The translations under genes were made by a program, and so were the position numbers. From Botryllus schlosseri (lineage: Eukaryota): a DNA stretch of 64,000 nucleotides. Below, piece after piece: positions 1 through 12,608 of this stretch (the first letter of the stretch is position 1; each line of letters starts with the position of its first letter). Location of the stretch: contig CM119372.1 of NCBI GenBank assembly GCA_051294905.1, forward strand, positions 18,230,001 to 18,294,000. The letters run 5' to 3'. The notes under the pieces are model-generated. The model searched no databases, had not been told where the DNA came from, and was given only the letters and a program-made list of their open reading frames with translations.

Positions 1-3000
1 ACATGACTACCAACTTCCCCACAGTCCCGTTTCGATATTATACACACATTGATTTGAAACAAGTAATGAAACATCACAACTCTATTCACGGTCTGGCTTT
101 CCGTTTGTCAAAGAGATATTTTTACATCTTACCATACTCAAAAGAATTATTCACAACATTACCAATTGTTAAAAATCTAGTTTTCAATTACTTGATTATA
201 TCACTGCAACTCATGAATTTGAATTAATTCATCCTGGTTGTATTCGTATGCTCGGTCTTTTTTTATTCGATTGTAAAGGTTGTTACTATTCTAAAGACAA
301 AGTATTTACTAATCGGTGCATATACGTTTTGACTTGGACATATTATATTTTGAGTATACGAGATTTGAATGTCTGAACAATAACTGAGAAATAATTTATC
401 ACAATTAAATCCGTATATTACAGCGTAATAGATATTTGAATGTCAGCAACTCGGTAAGATCATAGTTACTACCACATTACCTAATTTATCCGACCAACTC
501 GTCATGAGCATTCCCGAAATCAACACAAACATGACTACTGACTTGAGTTAACCACAAAACAGCATCGAGTTTTAAATCCACTTGTAGCTTACGGCTTATT
601 TGAATGCGGGTTATGTTTTGTTGTAATTGAGTGTACGGAAATAGTATTACATCTCGACATCTTACCATCTTACCATATTCAAAGAGTCAACCACGAAAAC
701 ATTGTCAAGTCAATCCGTTTGTAACTTACCCAACCAACTCAAACAGTATCAGTATGAAAACAACCAAGCATACACGAGTCCATACAATCGCTACAATCTA
801 AAATCCATAGCAAGTTCGGTTTCAGGCATATACCACCAACTCGTCTTTTTTGTTCAACTGTAAAAGTCGTTACTATACCACAAGACAAAGAGATTACTAT
901 GCGATATATTTTGTAAGACAAAAGTAATTACCACTCGGTGCAGGTGATTTGAGATTAACATAATATGTTTGAGTATACGAGATTTGAAAGTCTGATCAAC
1001 GTATAGTTGCGACTTCATTTCTTACAATCGAACGCTGGTGTTATATCGAAAGTTACCATTCTGTAAACATAAGGATTGATACATTGATGTGCCATATGCA
1101 ATAGTTGATCATGGCTTGATTATTACATTATTTGCGTTAATTAGACCCGGCGTTGTGGTAAAGGTTATTATGACAGCAACAAACTTTTCAGTACCGTTGT
1201 TATTAACATATTGAGTTGTAAAACTATGCGTGTCTGAAATGTTCTTGAATGGAAAATTATTCCACCTTGGTACATATCACCCTGCGTATCGCAGATATCA
1301 GAAAATATTTTACAAATGTAATTGTCTCCACTAACCAAGACTAAAGATGAAACAACAATTTCCTTTGTTAAACAATAACCGGTACAATACTTTATCATCG
1401 TAATCAGCAGTGAGAATTGAAACACTTTCGCACATTACCCGATGTCAAGATATCACACTAGGTGAATTGACATACCGCCGCTTGATTAATACCTAATCCA
1501 TTCGCACCATTTCACATACTTTGATCATTACAAAAGTAAATTGGAATATGTTTGCTAGATGCATTCAATTCAGTTAGAAATGTCTGGTACACAACAATCG
1601 TAATATCAAGGAAGTACTTGCTACGCTGTAATCCACTTAACGTGTTTTGTATTGTTGTTCATTTGTAGTATTGATTGTTTTCGAACCCCCAAATAATAAT
1701 TCCCGACATGAAACCAAACCGCTGAAAGTCGTTACCATCACAACGAAACAATTTGTACGATGTTTGTCAAATGCATCCTATAGTTAGGTGTACTAGAATT
1801 ATTTGTGTAACACATACGCCGACAATGCAATCGAAAATTTTTCCGTTGTCATTCGCTAAAATAAATGTCATCACAATACTCATCAAGCTGTCATCTGTAA
1901 ATCAAGATTACATCCAACTTTTAACGGTATCGTTTAACTACCGGGTTGCATCAGTTTGCTATTTTTGTCATTTAGTGACTGCTGAACATACCAAACGATA
2001 CACATTCACTTACGAAATACTGTGTTGGTCGTAATTTCCATCACCGTGATAATCGAAGTACATTTGTTTCGAGTTCATAACAACCGACTACTTTTCTATG
2101 ACCCGATATATTTTTGACAAGTTATGCTTAGAAGATTGGTGCATCTCGCGAAAAATAATATACCACTCATATTGATACTGCTACTCCATCGACCGGTATT
2201 TTCAAACGAGTCGATTTTCAACCGAGCAAAATTTATTACTCGAGTTGTCCTGCTTACTATATTTAAATGTAAACTCACCCGTCTTTCAACAACAAACAAT
2301 GATAAAAAGTACACAAGCAAACACAACAAGTTTTACTTTTGTAGGACACTAATTATTATTCCACGCATCTCATTTCATACTAAGTGTATATGAAAGATGT
2401 TCATGGTACACGAATATATTCGCTCATGCTACGAACATACGCAATGATTGGTGACGCTTTCACACTATTTCGATTTAGTGTAACAAAAACAACAACAACA
2501 ATTTTCACTCTCTTGACTTATGAAAAACAACAGACGAACCTTCATTCAATATTTTGTTTTTTTGTCAACTAGTTACTTTTTCATGAGACCCCCACTACTC
2601 TTACAAAAGTACGAAAGATATTTACATCACACAAAGTAATCAACTTTACTCGATATTCCCATGCTACGAACCTGTACAATGATTGGTGACGCTTTCAAAC
2701 TGTTTCGTTACCTCAAGACCTTTATTGTCTGAATGGTTGTTCATGTATCTTATTAATCAAATAGTTCAACACACAACAATAGTACGAACAGAAACATCAG
2801 AGTTGTTTACACAAAAGTTTGTATGCGTACAGTATGCGAATACCATGTGTAAGTCGAGCGCAATTGTGGTATCCATCCAAGTTTAGTTAACACAAATTCA
2901 TTACAACGGAGCCGCGTAAACTTTCGTGAAAGAAAAGCATACCCACTTCCCGAGGGTTCTGTCAATGTCATAACAATAAACCAGATACTCCAACAACAGA

Positions 3001-5008
3001 GTACATATGTTTTCTAGTCACGATCCTTACATCTTTCACATAGATCAATCTACTTTGCTACCGAAAAGTGCTGAGTCATCATATGGTTGTCCTCACAACT
3101 AACACATACTATCATACAAAATGGTCGTTATAGTTTGCACACCAACGGTACATCGTACAAGTAACAAGTCTCGAGAATCCAGTTATTCAAAAAAAAACGT
3201 GAAAGTATTTCTACACCAAGTCGTTATGTTGACGAAAGCGTATATTGTAATATCATGATCGATTTGCATTCGTTGGCCACAAACTGTCACTACTCTAACT
3301 AATTCTTTTTCACTCAAACACAAACGCATACTTGTCACCATTCGTTTTCATAAAGCACGAGTTCAAGAAACTTACTTACTACGACATGAATTTTTATTTT
3401 TATGTTGTGTAAATAGGTAATAATTAATTCAAGTAACACTATATCAACATCATCGACTTGTGCTAATAGATTTACATGCGGTCTTGTGGTTTTCGTCGGG
3501 ACATACAGCACGAACTAACTGTAGACTCCTCTCTGTTGTACAACTACTCGGTAATCGAAATGCATTAACATGTAAACAACGATCTTGTTTCGTCACACCA
3601 AAAATATGTTCACTGTCGCGATACTCCGCACAAGACGTGCATAGCCTTTTCACACTCGTAATAGTATACCAACGTCAAGCGATAACGTTTAACAAGACCA
3701 ACGACACTGAACCCACGACGTTTACCTATGTAAAATTACCACTTTCACTTGCCAGTCCATCGTTTACCTGACTAAACATATTATTTTCCTTTGGAGATCT
3801 GACGTTTACCCAGAGTAAGAAACCATTTTCACTTGTAAATATATTTTTTCCTTGGCTAACAAACCTTTTTTCACTTGGAAATATATTTTTTCTCTGGTTA
3901 ACAAACCTTTTTCACTTGGAAATATATTTTTTCTCTGGTTAACAAACCTTTTTCACTTGGAAATATATTTTTTCTCTGGTTAACAAACCTTTTTCACTTG
4001 GAAATATATTTTTCCCTGGGTAACAAACCTTTTTTCCCTGAGCAACAAACCATTCTCACTTGGTGGTCTGTCGTTTAGCCGAGTAAAAATATCATTTTCC
4101 TTTGGAGATCCGGCGTTTACCCAGTGTAACAATACATTTTCACCTGGAAAAATACTTTTACCTAGAGTAACTAATCATTTTCTCCTGGGTAACAATCCCT
4201 TTTCGTCTGGAAACTATCATTTAACTGAGTACCAATACCGTTTTCACTTGGAAATACATTTTTTCCCTGGGTAACAATACCATTTTCGTTTTGAAAACTG
4301 ACAACCACACCGGTCAATTTGATATTTTTGTATATTGTTACAACAAACAGTGACGGAAATATACACAGACAACCAGTTTCAGAGTATACCCCATCGGTCG
4401 TATCACATCAATATCATCGGTTAACCACATACAATATGCTCTTGTACACCGAAACGCATGTTTTGGAAACTTGGACAATAGACCTCGATAGTTCTGTGAT
4501 GTCCGGGTTCGTGCTTTGGATTTTCCAGAGTCAAAATGTCTGAATAAAACACCTCCTCGATGACGGTTGGTATGTGGATAACGATGTTCGGAAAACGGTT
4601 GGATTTATGTCACCCATCGCGATAACAATTCCTGGTCGAGTTTTCCTCCGGCATGTTTGCTATATTGTGTCTTTATTGGTCAATGTATGTCTCGACATTC
4701 AGTTTGAAATCGGAAATGATAAAGTATGTAACCGGATCCGGATATCAACTCTGAATCGATAAACCAATGAACAATATTCAAAGTAAACATGTCACACCCT
4801 GTGTTTCCACGAAAAAATACCATCCAGACATACGTCGCGCTTGTTTGCCCACACCAGTATACGCGCAAATGGAGGTGTGTGACATTGCATGCAATGCGTT
4901 GGTATACAAACATCGATCCACAGACATTATCATAGTCGATAGTTTTGATGTAGATCGAATGTCACCAGATAACAATACCAATAAGCCACATTGCAATGAC
5001 TCTGAGTC
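1..5008. repeat. Left arm of giant inverted repeat (continues beyond window start)
   Basis: Reverse complement of 5940-10946. Mirrored ORFs have constant coordinate sums of 10947/10948. Differences noticed by eye: 743/10204, 4967/5981, and A9 (3189-3197) vs T8 (7751-7758). Confidence 0.98.
3715..4292. repeat. Tandem array of ~20-21-bp subunits with a core of near-perfect 41-bp units (mirrored at ~6656-7233)
   Basis: Unit GGTTAACAAACCTTTTTCACTTGGAAATATATTTTTTCTCT is repeated about 4 times at ~3855-4035, with degenerate TTTTCACTTGG/TTTACCCAG variants on either side. Confidence 0.9.
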
Positions 5009-5656
5009 AATCTGAAGCATGACATACAGACACACAAACACGGAACCGTAACATGGGTTATTCGCACGGCGGAGAAAGTGAACTGTACAGTACATACCAA
5101 TATTGTGATCACAGTCAAATGTGCGAACCGTGTACAATCATATACCCAGGTTTTTGCTGGATATGTACAATTCCGATAAATCGATACATTTCTTTTCCCT
5201 GGACATCAATAATACAATCGCCATTCAAATGCATCACTCGAATTTGAGGTTCGTCCGGTGTAAAATCCATATCAAATAACACCAAAGTGTGCCTTCCGTG
5301 TTTTATTATTTCCACCGACGCTTCTTGTCTGTGTCGTAACACTGTGGTGCGGGGAGTTGAAAAACGATGGATTGTGAAACGGATTGACATGACCAACCGA
5401 AACGACGTCAATAGCCTTGTGGTGATGACAGTGTCAAAATGCTACCGATATGACGAGACCAACCCGATCTCTTGTAGCGATGACCGTTTCGAAATGTCGC
5501 CGGACGAATTAGACCCTTACGATGATGTGTTTTATGATTGTGTGTGAAATCGCGAGGTAGTGTTCTATTGTGGTGTACGATTGCAGTCTTCACAGAAACA
5601 TACCTTATTGGATCACAGTATCAGTCCGAGATTTTCAGAATCACTGTTCGCGATAT

Positions 5657-6181
5657 TTATCTGGAGTCGTTATGTGGGAGTAGCGACATCCATGCATCGT
5701 GACTGAAAGACTGATCGCAATCATTTCGAGCACCGTACTTCGATAGTTCACATTGGTCAAACGCTGTAGCCTCAGCGGAAAACTTCGGTCTCGACAACAC
5801 GCTGGATATTGACCGATGTATCCAATTGATCTGGGTGGTCTGTCTGGAGATAGGGTCATGACTATCTTGTAATGTTACAACGCGATAAAACCATCGACTA
5901 AACCAGTGAACGGTGTCGAAATATCGATGTAATAGCGCAGACTCAGAGTCATTGCAATGTGGCTTATTGGTATTGTTATCGGGTGACATTCGATCTACAT
6001 CAAAACTATCGACTATGATAATGTCTGTGGATCGATGTTTGTATACCAACGCATTGCATGCAATGTCACACACCTCCATTTGCGCGTATACTGGTGTGGG
6101 CAAACAAGCGCGACGTATGTCTGGATGGTATTTTTTCGTGGAAACACAGGGTGTGACATGTTTACTTTGAATATTGTTCAT
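5657..6181 (-). CDS. Hypothetical 174-aa ORF starting in the right arm and running into the spacer
   Basis: ATG-initiated and the longest ORF in the palindrome. No recognisable domain. The mirrored left-arm copy (4767-5015) stops just after the junction. Confidence 0.25.
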   Translation of the reverse strand: MNNIQSKHVTPCVSTKKYHPDIRRACLPTPVYAQMEVCDIACNALVYKHRSTDIIIVDSFDVDRMSPDNNTNKPHCNDSESALLHRYFDTVHWFSRWFYRVVTLQDSHDPISRQTTQINWIHRSISSVLSRPKFSAEATAFDQCELSKYGARNDCDQSFSHDAWMSLLPHNDSR

Positions 6182-9100
6182 TGGTTTATCGATTCAGAGT
6201 TGATATCCGGATCCGGTTACATACTTTATCATTTCCGATTTCAAACTGAATGTCGAGACATACATTGACCAATAAAGACACAATATAGCAAACATGCCGG
6301 AGGAAAACTCGACCAGGAATTGTTATCGCGATGGGTGACATAAATCCAACCGTTTTCCGAACATCGTTATCCACATACCAACCGTCATCGAGGAGGTGTT
6401 TTATTCAGACATTTTGACTCTGGAAAATCCAAAGCACGAACCCGGACATCACAGAACTATCGAGGTCTATTGTCCAAGTTTCCAAAACATGCGTTTCGGT
6501 GTACAAGAGCATATTGTATGTGGTTAACCGATGATATTGATGTGATACGACCGATGGGGTATACTCTGAAACTGGTTGTCTGTGTATATTTCCGTCACTG
6601 TTTGTTGTAACAATATACAAAAATATCAAATTGACCGGTGTGGTTGTCAGTTTTCAAAACGAAAATGGTATTGTTACCCAGGGAAAAAATGTATTTCCAA
6701 GTGAAAACGGTATTGGTACTCAGTTAAATGATAGTTTCCAGACGAAAAGGGATTGTTACCCAGGAGAAAATGATTAGTTACTCTAGGTAAAAGTATTTTT
6801 CCAGGTGAAAATGTATTGTTACACTGGGTAAACGCCGGATCTCCAAAGGAAAATGATATTTTTACTCGGCTAAACGACAGACCACCAAGTGAGAATGGTT
6901 TGTTGCTCAGGGAAAAAAGGTTTGTTACCCAGGGAAAAATATATTTCCAAGTGAAAAAGGTTTGTTAACCAGAGAAAAAATATATTTCCAAGTGAAAAAG
7001 GTTTGTTAACCAGAGAAAAAATATATTTCCAAGTGAAAAAGGTTTGTTAACCAGAGAAAAAATATATTTCCAAGTGAAAAAAGGTTTGTTAGCCAAGGAA
7101 AAAATATATTTACAAGTGAAAATGGTTTCTTACTCTGGGTAAACGTCAGATCTCCAAAGGAAAATAATATGTTTAGTCAGGTAAACGATGGACTGGCAAG
7201 TGAAAGTGGTAATTTTACATAGGTAAACGTCGTGGGTTCAGTGTCGTTGGTCTTGTTAAACGTTATCGCTTGACGTTGGTATACTATTACGAGTGTGAAA
7301 AGGCTATGCACGTCTTGTGCGGAGTATCGCGACAGTGAACATATTTTTGGTGTGACGAAACAAGATCGTTGTTTACATGTTAATGCATTTCGATTACCGA
7401 GTAGTTGTACAACAGAGAGGAGTCTACAGTTAGTTCGTGCTGTATGTCCCGACGAAAACCACAAGACCGCATGTAAATCTATTAGCACAAGTCGATGATG
7501 TTGATATAGTGTTACTTGAATTAATTATTACCTATTTACACAACATAAAAATAAAAATTCATGTCGTAGTAAGTAAGTTTCTTGAACTCGTGCTTTATGA
7601 AAACGAATGGTGACAAGTATGCGTTTGTGTTTGAGTGAAAAAGAATTAGTTAGAGTAGTGACAGTTTGTGGCCAACGAATGCAAATCGATCATGATATTA
7701 CAATATACGCTTTCGTCAACATAACGACTTGGTGTAGAAATACTTTCACGTTTTTTTTGAATAACTGGATTCTCGAGACTTGTTACTTGTACGATGTACC
7801 GTTGGTGTGCAAACTATAACGACCATTTTGTATGATAGTATGTGTTAGTTGTGAGGACAACCATATGATGACTCAGCACTTTTCGGTAGCAAAGTAGATT
7901 GATCTATGTGAAAGATGTAAGGATCGTGACTAGAAAACATATGTACTCTGTTGTTGGAGTATCTGGTTTATTGTTATGACATTGACAGAACCCTCGGGAA
8001 GTGGGTATGCTTTTCTTTCACGAAAGTTTACGCGGCTCCGTTGTAATGAATTTGTGTTAACTAAACTTGGATGGATACCACAATTGCGCTCGACTTACAC
8101 ATGGTATTCGCATACTGTACGCATACAAACTTTTGTGTAAACAACTCTGATGTTTCTGTTCGTACTATTGTTGTGTGTTGAACTATTTGATTAATAAGAT
8201 ACATGAACAACCATTCAGACAATAAAGGTCTTGAGGTAACGAAACAGTTTGAAAGCGTCACCAATCATTGTACAGGTTCGTAGCATGGGAATATCGAGTA
8301 AAGTTGATTACTTTGTGTGATGTAAATATCTTTCGTACTTTTGTAAGAGTAGTGGGGGTCTCATGAAAAAGTAACTAGTTGACAAAAAAACAAAATATTG
8401 AATGAAGGTTCGTCTGTTGTTTTTCATAAGTCAAGAGAGTGAAAATTGTTGTTGTTGTTTTTGTTACACTAAATCGAAATAGTGTGAAAGCGTCACCAAT
8501 CATTGCGTATGTTCGTAGCATGAGCGAATATATTCGTGTACCATGAACATCTTTCATATACACTTAGTATGAAATGAGATGCGTGGAATAATAATTAGTG
8601 TCCTACAAAAGTAAAACTTGTTGTGTTTGCTTGTGTACTTTTTATCATTGTTTGTTGTTGAAAGACGGGTGAGTTTACATTTAAATATAGTAAGCAGGAC
8701 AACTCGAGTAATAAATTTTGCTCGGTTGAAAATCGACTCGTTTGAAAATACCGGTCGATGGAGTAGCAGTATCAATATGAGTGGTATATTATTTTTCGCG
8801 AGATGCACCAATCTTCTAAGCATAACTTGTCAAAAATATATCGGGTCATAGAAAAGTAGTCGGTTGTTATGAACTCGAAACAAATGTACTTCGATTATCA
8901 CGGTGATGGAAATTACGACCAACACAGTATTTCGTAAGTGAATGTGTATCGTTTGGTATGTTCAGCAGTCACTAAATGACAAAAATAGCAAACTGATGCA
9001 ACCCGGTAGTTAAACGATACCGTTAAAAGTTGGATGTAATCTTGATTTACAGATGACAGCTTGATGAGTATTGTGATGACATTTATTTTAGCGAATGACA

Positions 9101-10946
9101 ACGGAAAAATTTTCGATTGCATTGTCGGCGTATGTGTTACACAAATAATTCTAGTACACCTAACTATAGGATGCATTTGACAAACATCGTACAAATTGTT
9201 TCGTTGTGATGGTAACGACTTTCAGCGGTTTGGTTTCATGTCGGGAATTATTATTTGGGGGTTCGAAAACAATCAATACTACAAATGAACAACAATACAA
9301 AACACGTTAAGTGGATTACAGCGTAGCAAGTACTTCCTTGATATTACGATTGTTGTGTACCAGACATTTCTAACTGAATTGAATGCATCTAGCAAACATA
9401 TTCCAATTTACTTTTGTAATGATCAAAGTATGTGAAATGGTGCGAATGGATTAGGTATTAATCAAGCGGCGGTATGTCAATTCACCTAGTGTGATATCTT
9501 GACATCGGGTAATGTGCGAAAGTGTTTCAATTCTCACTGCTGATTACGATGATAAAGTATTGTACCGGTTATTGTTTAACAAAGGAAATTGTTGTTTCAT
9601 CTTTAGTCTTGGTTAGTGGAGACAATTACATTTGTAAAATATTTTCTGATATCTGCGATACGCAGGGTGATATGTACCAAGGTGGAATAATTTTCCATTC
9701 AAGAACATTTCAGACACGCATAGTTTTACAACTCAATATGTTAATAACAACGGTACTGAAAAGTTTGTTGCTGTCATAATAACCTTTACCACAACGCCGG
9801 GTCTAATTAACGCAAATAATGTAATAATCAAGCCATGATCAACTATTGCATATGGCACATCAATGTATCAATCCTTATGTTTACAGAATGGTAACTTTCG
9901 ATATAACACCAGCGTTCGATTGTAAGAAATGAAGTCGCAACTATACGTTGATCAGACTTTCAAATCTCGTATACTCAAACATATTATGTTAATCTCAAAT
10001 CACCTGCACCGAGTGGTAATTACTTTTGTCTTACAAAATATATCGCATAGTAATCTCTTTGTCTTGTGGTATAGTAACGACTTTTACAGTTGAACAAAAA
10101 AGACGAGTTGGTGGTATATGCCTGAAACCGAACTTGCTATGGATTTTAGATTGTAGCGATTGTATGGACTCGTGTATGCTTGGTTGTTTTCATACTGATA
10201 CTGCTTGAGTTGGTTGGGTAAGTTACAAACGGATTGACTTGACAATGTTTTCGTGGTTGACTCTTTGAATATGGTAAGATGGTAAGATGTCGAGATGTAA
10301 TACTATTTCCGTACACTCAATTACAACAAAACATAACCCGCATTCAAATAAGCCGTAAGCTACAAGTGGATTTAAAACTCGATGCTGTTTTGTGGTTAAC
10401 TCAAGTCAGTAGTCATGTTTGTGTTGATTTCGGGAATGCTCATGACGAGTTGGTCGGATAAATTAGGTAATGTGGTAGTAACTATGATCTTACCGAGTTG
10501 CTGACATTCAAATATCTATTACGCTGTAATATACGGATTTAATTGTGATAAATTATTTCTCAGTTATTGTTCAGACATTCAAATCTCGTATACTCAAAAT
10601 ATAATATGTCCAAGTCAAAACGTATATGCACCGATTAGTAAATACTTTGTCTTTAGAATAGTAACAACCTTTACAATCGAATAAAAAAAGACCGAGCATA
10701 CGAATACAACCAGGATGAATTAATTCAAATTCATGAGTTGCAGTGATATAATCAAGTAATTGAAAACTAGATTTTTAACAATTGGTAATGTTGTGAATAA
10801 TTCTTTTGAGTATGGTAAGATGTAAAAATATCTCTTTGACAAACGGAAAGCCAGACCGTGAATAGAGTTGTGATGTTTCATTACTTGTTTCAAATCAATG
10901 TGTGTATAATATCGAAACGGGACTGTGGGGAAGTTGGTAGTCATGT
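5940..10946. repeat. Right arm of giant inverted repeat
   Basis: Mirror of 1-5008. Pairing stops at 5008/5940, leaving a unique 931-bp spacer (5009-5939). Confidence 0.98.
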
Positions 10947-11969
10947 TTGTCAATCCTATTTCAATTCACACTATGTCAAAGTCCAAATATTTCATTTTGG
11001 ATTATCTGGATTTAGCTTTAGTACACTCCGCGAATGGATTCCGACACCGTACTATAACGTTTTTGATGATAAGGACTCGAGGATTTTCAATCAACAATAC
11101 TGGAATTTTTTGATAATGTTAGAGCTGGCAAATGATTAGTTGCGTGATTTTGTTAAGAGTTTGATTTCGTGTTGATAAAGACAATAACTGTATAATACAC
11201 ATACTTGTGATTCTTGATTCTTGTAGAGTTATAGTTGTATTGATTCTATAAGTGCGAAAACAGCGGCGCGGAATGTGCGAATAATTCGATGCGGCTGAAA
11301 GTCGGCGTCAGTAATATTCGGTTACGGTCGAATCAAAAGATTTCTCAAAATAATTAGAATTGTACCGAATTAACACATTCAGATACGAATCAACTTGGTT
11401 TGTGCAGTAAGTTTCATTTCAAGTTGACAAATTGACACATTACTTGTATATTCACATGATTCTTATTATACAACTAAAGTCAACCACGTTCCGAAGTGTC
11501 AAAACATATAGCAAGCACCAGAAAGTGTCAAATTGTTGGTTTTCGAATCACCGTCTGCGACGGCTCTGTGACAAACTAATTACCGAAATATTACCTTGTG
11601 AGCGATCGGTATGTCTTTAACACCAAGTCACTAAAATGGTTATGCCCGAGACATTATCTTGTCAGCGATCGCGGGGTTTTGCAAACTATTTCACACATTT
11701 TTGAAGTGTTAGTTTGTGAACGCGGTTATTTGTTGATCGCTTTTCGTGTCGCTGCTGAATACTGAATACTCCTGAATGTAATAGTGCTGACTGGATTAGT
11801 GTAATAATCGATAGTAGCACGCGGCTGGCCGTGAAACAATTCCACACACAGGTCATTCGAAATATAGGTCGCACTGCTTAATCCTCACAACAAGCCACGT
11901 TTCCGTTTGTGCGGTTATTGTTGGTGACTATTCAACACCACGCGAGAGATGGTTGAAAGTGCGAATCAC

Positions 11970-12262
11970 GACCGCACCCATAAGAACACATGGCGAGTCA
12001 CCACAGATCCCGTAAGAATACATGACAGACACATTTATCGTCGTTAGCATGTCGCCGCCGTCTATACCCGAAAAGGCAACCATGTCGCCGCACCCATAAG
12101 ACACAGTGGCACCATGCGACCGCAGCCTATACCCGAAAAGGTAACCATGCCACCCCCGCCATAAGACACAATGGCACCATGCCACCCCCGCCATAAGACA
12201 TAAGGGTCACCATGCCACCCCCGGTTTTCTCGGCACCATGCCACCCCGCCCATAAGAACCCC
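11970..12262. repeat. GC-rich subterminal tandem repeats (GGCACCATGCCACCCCCGCCATAAGACAC-like)
   Basis: Several degenerate copies of CCATGCCACCCCCGCCATAAGA and CCCATAAGA lie immediately before the ACTACT terminus. Confidence 0.85.
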
Positions 12263-12608
12263 AGGCAAATCACGAGCGATCTACTATACTACTCACAGGA
12301 TCGGAGTTAGCGGTAGAGCTGGTCATGGAGGATGATGAGTTCGATAATACAGGGAGCGTAATTGCACATCGTTAAGTCATGTTCATGTCCTACCGATAAG
12401 ATTGTTTATCAGCCTTATGCCGGTGCGCACCACGGAGCTTTATAAACACCCCACATCCAGAGGTTTCCAACCTTTTATGGTCGCGACTCGCGACTCCATC
12501 TCCAATTTGAAAATGTACTGTGGCCCGGATCAAAATGTGACGAGCTGATTACCTAAATAAGTCAGCACCTTTGCCCAGACTGACTCACGGGCTATTTTGG
12601 AAGCTGAT

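Larger units (their letters stand above)
1..12293. mobile_element. Putative non-autonomous palindromic Polinton/Maverick-like element (left end outside window)
   Basis: The right side ends ...GATCTACTATACTACT (5'-AGTAGTATAGTAG on the minus strand), matching the AG/AGTAGT-type termini of Polintons. It is preceded by GC-rich subterminal repeats. No pPolB, integrase or capsid ORF is seen, and the TSD cannot be checked inside the window. Confidence 0.5.

Noticed and set aside
3715..4292. CRISPR-like array
   Set aside because: Contiguous tandem units with no unique spacers, no cas genes, and a eukaryotic context.
1..11900. Hidden long ORFs in the palindrome arms (alternative code or non-standard reading direction)
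   Set aside because: Spot checks gave only short frames, all three stop types are common, and no recognisable motif was found. Not tested exhaustively.
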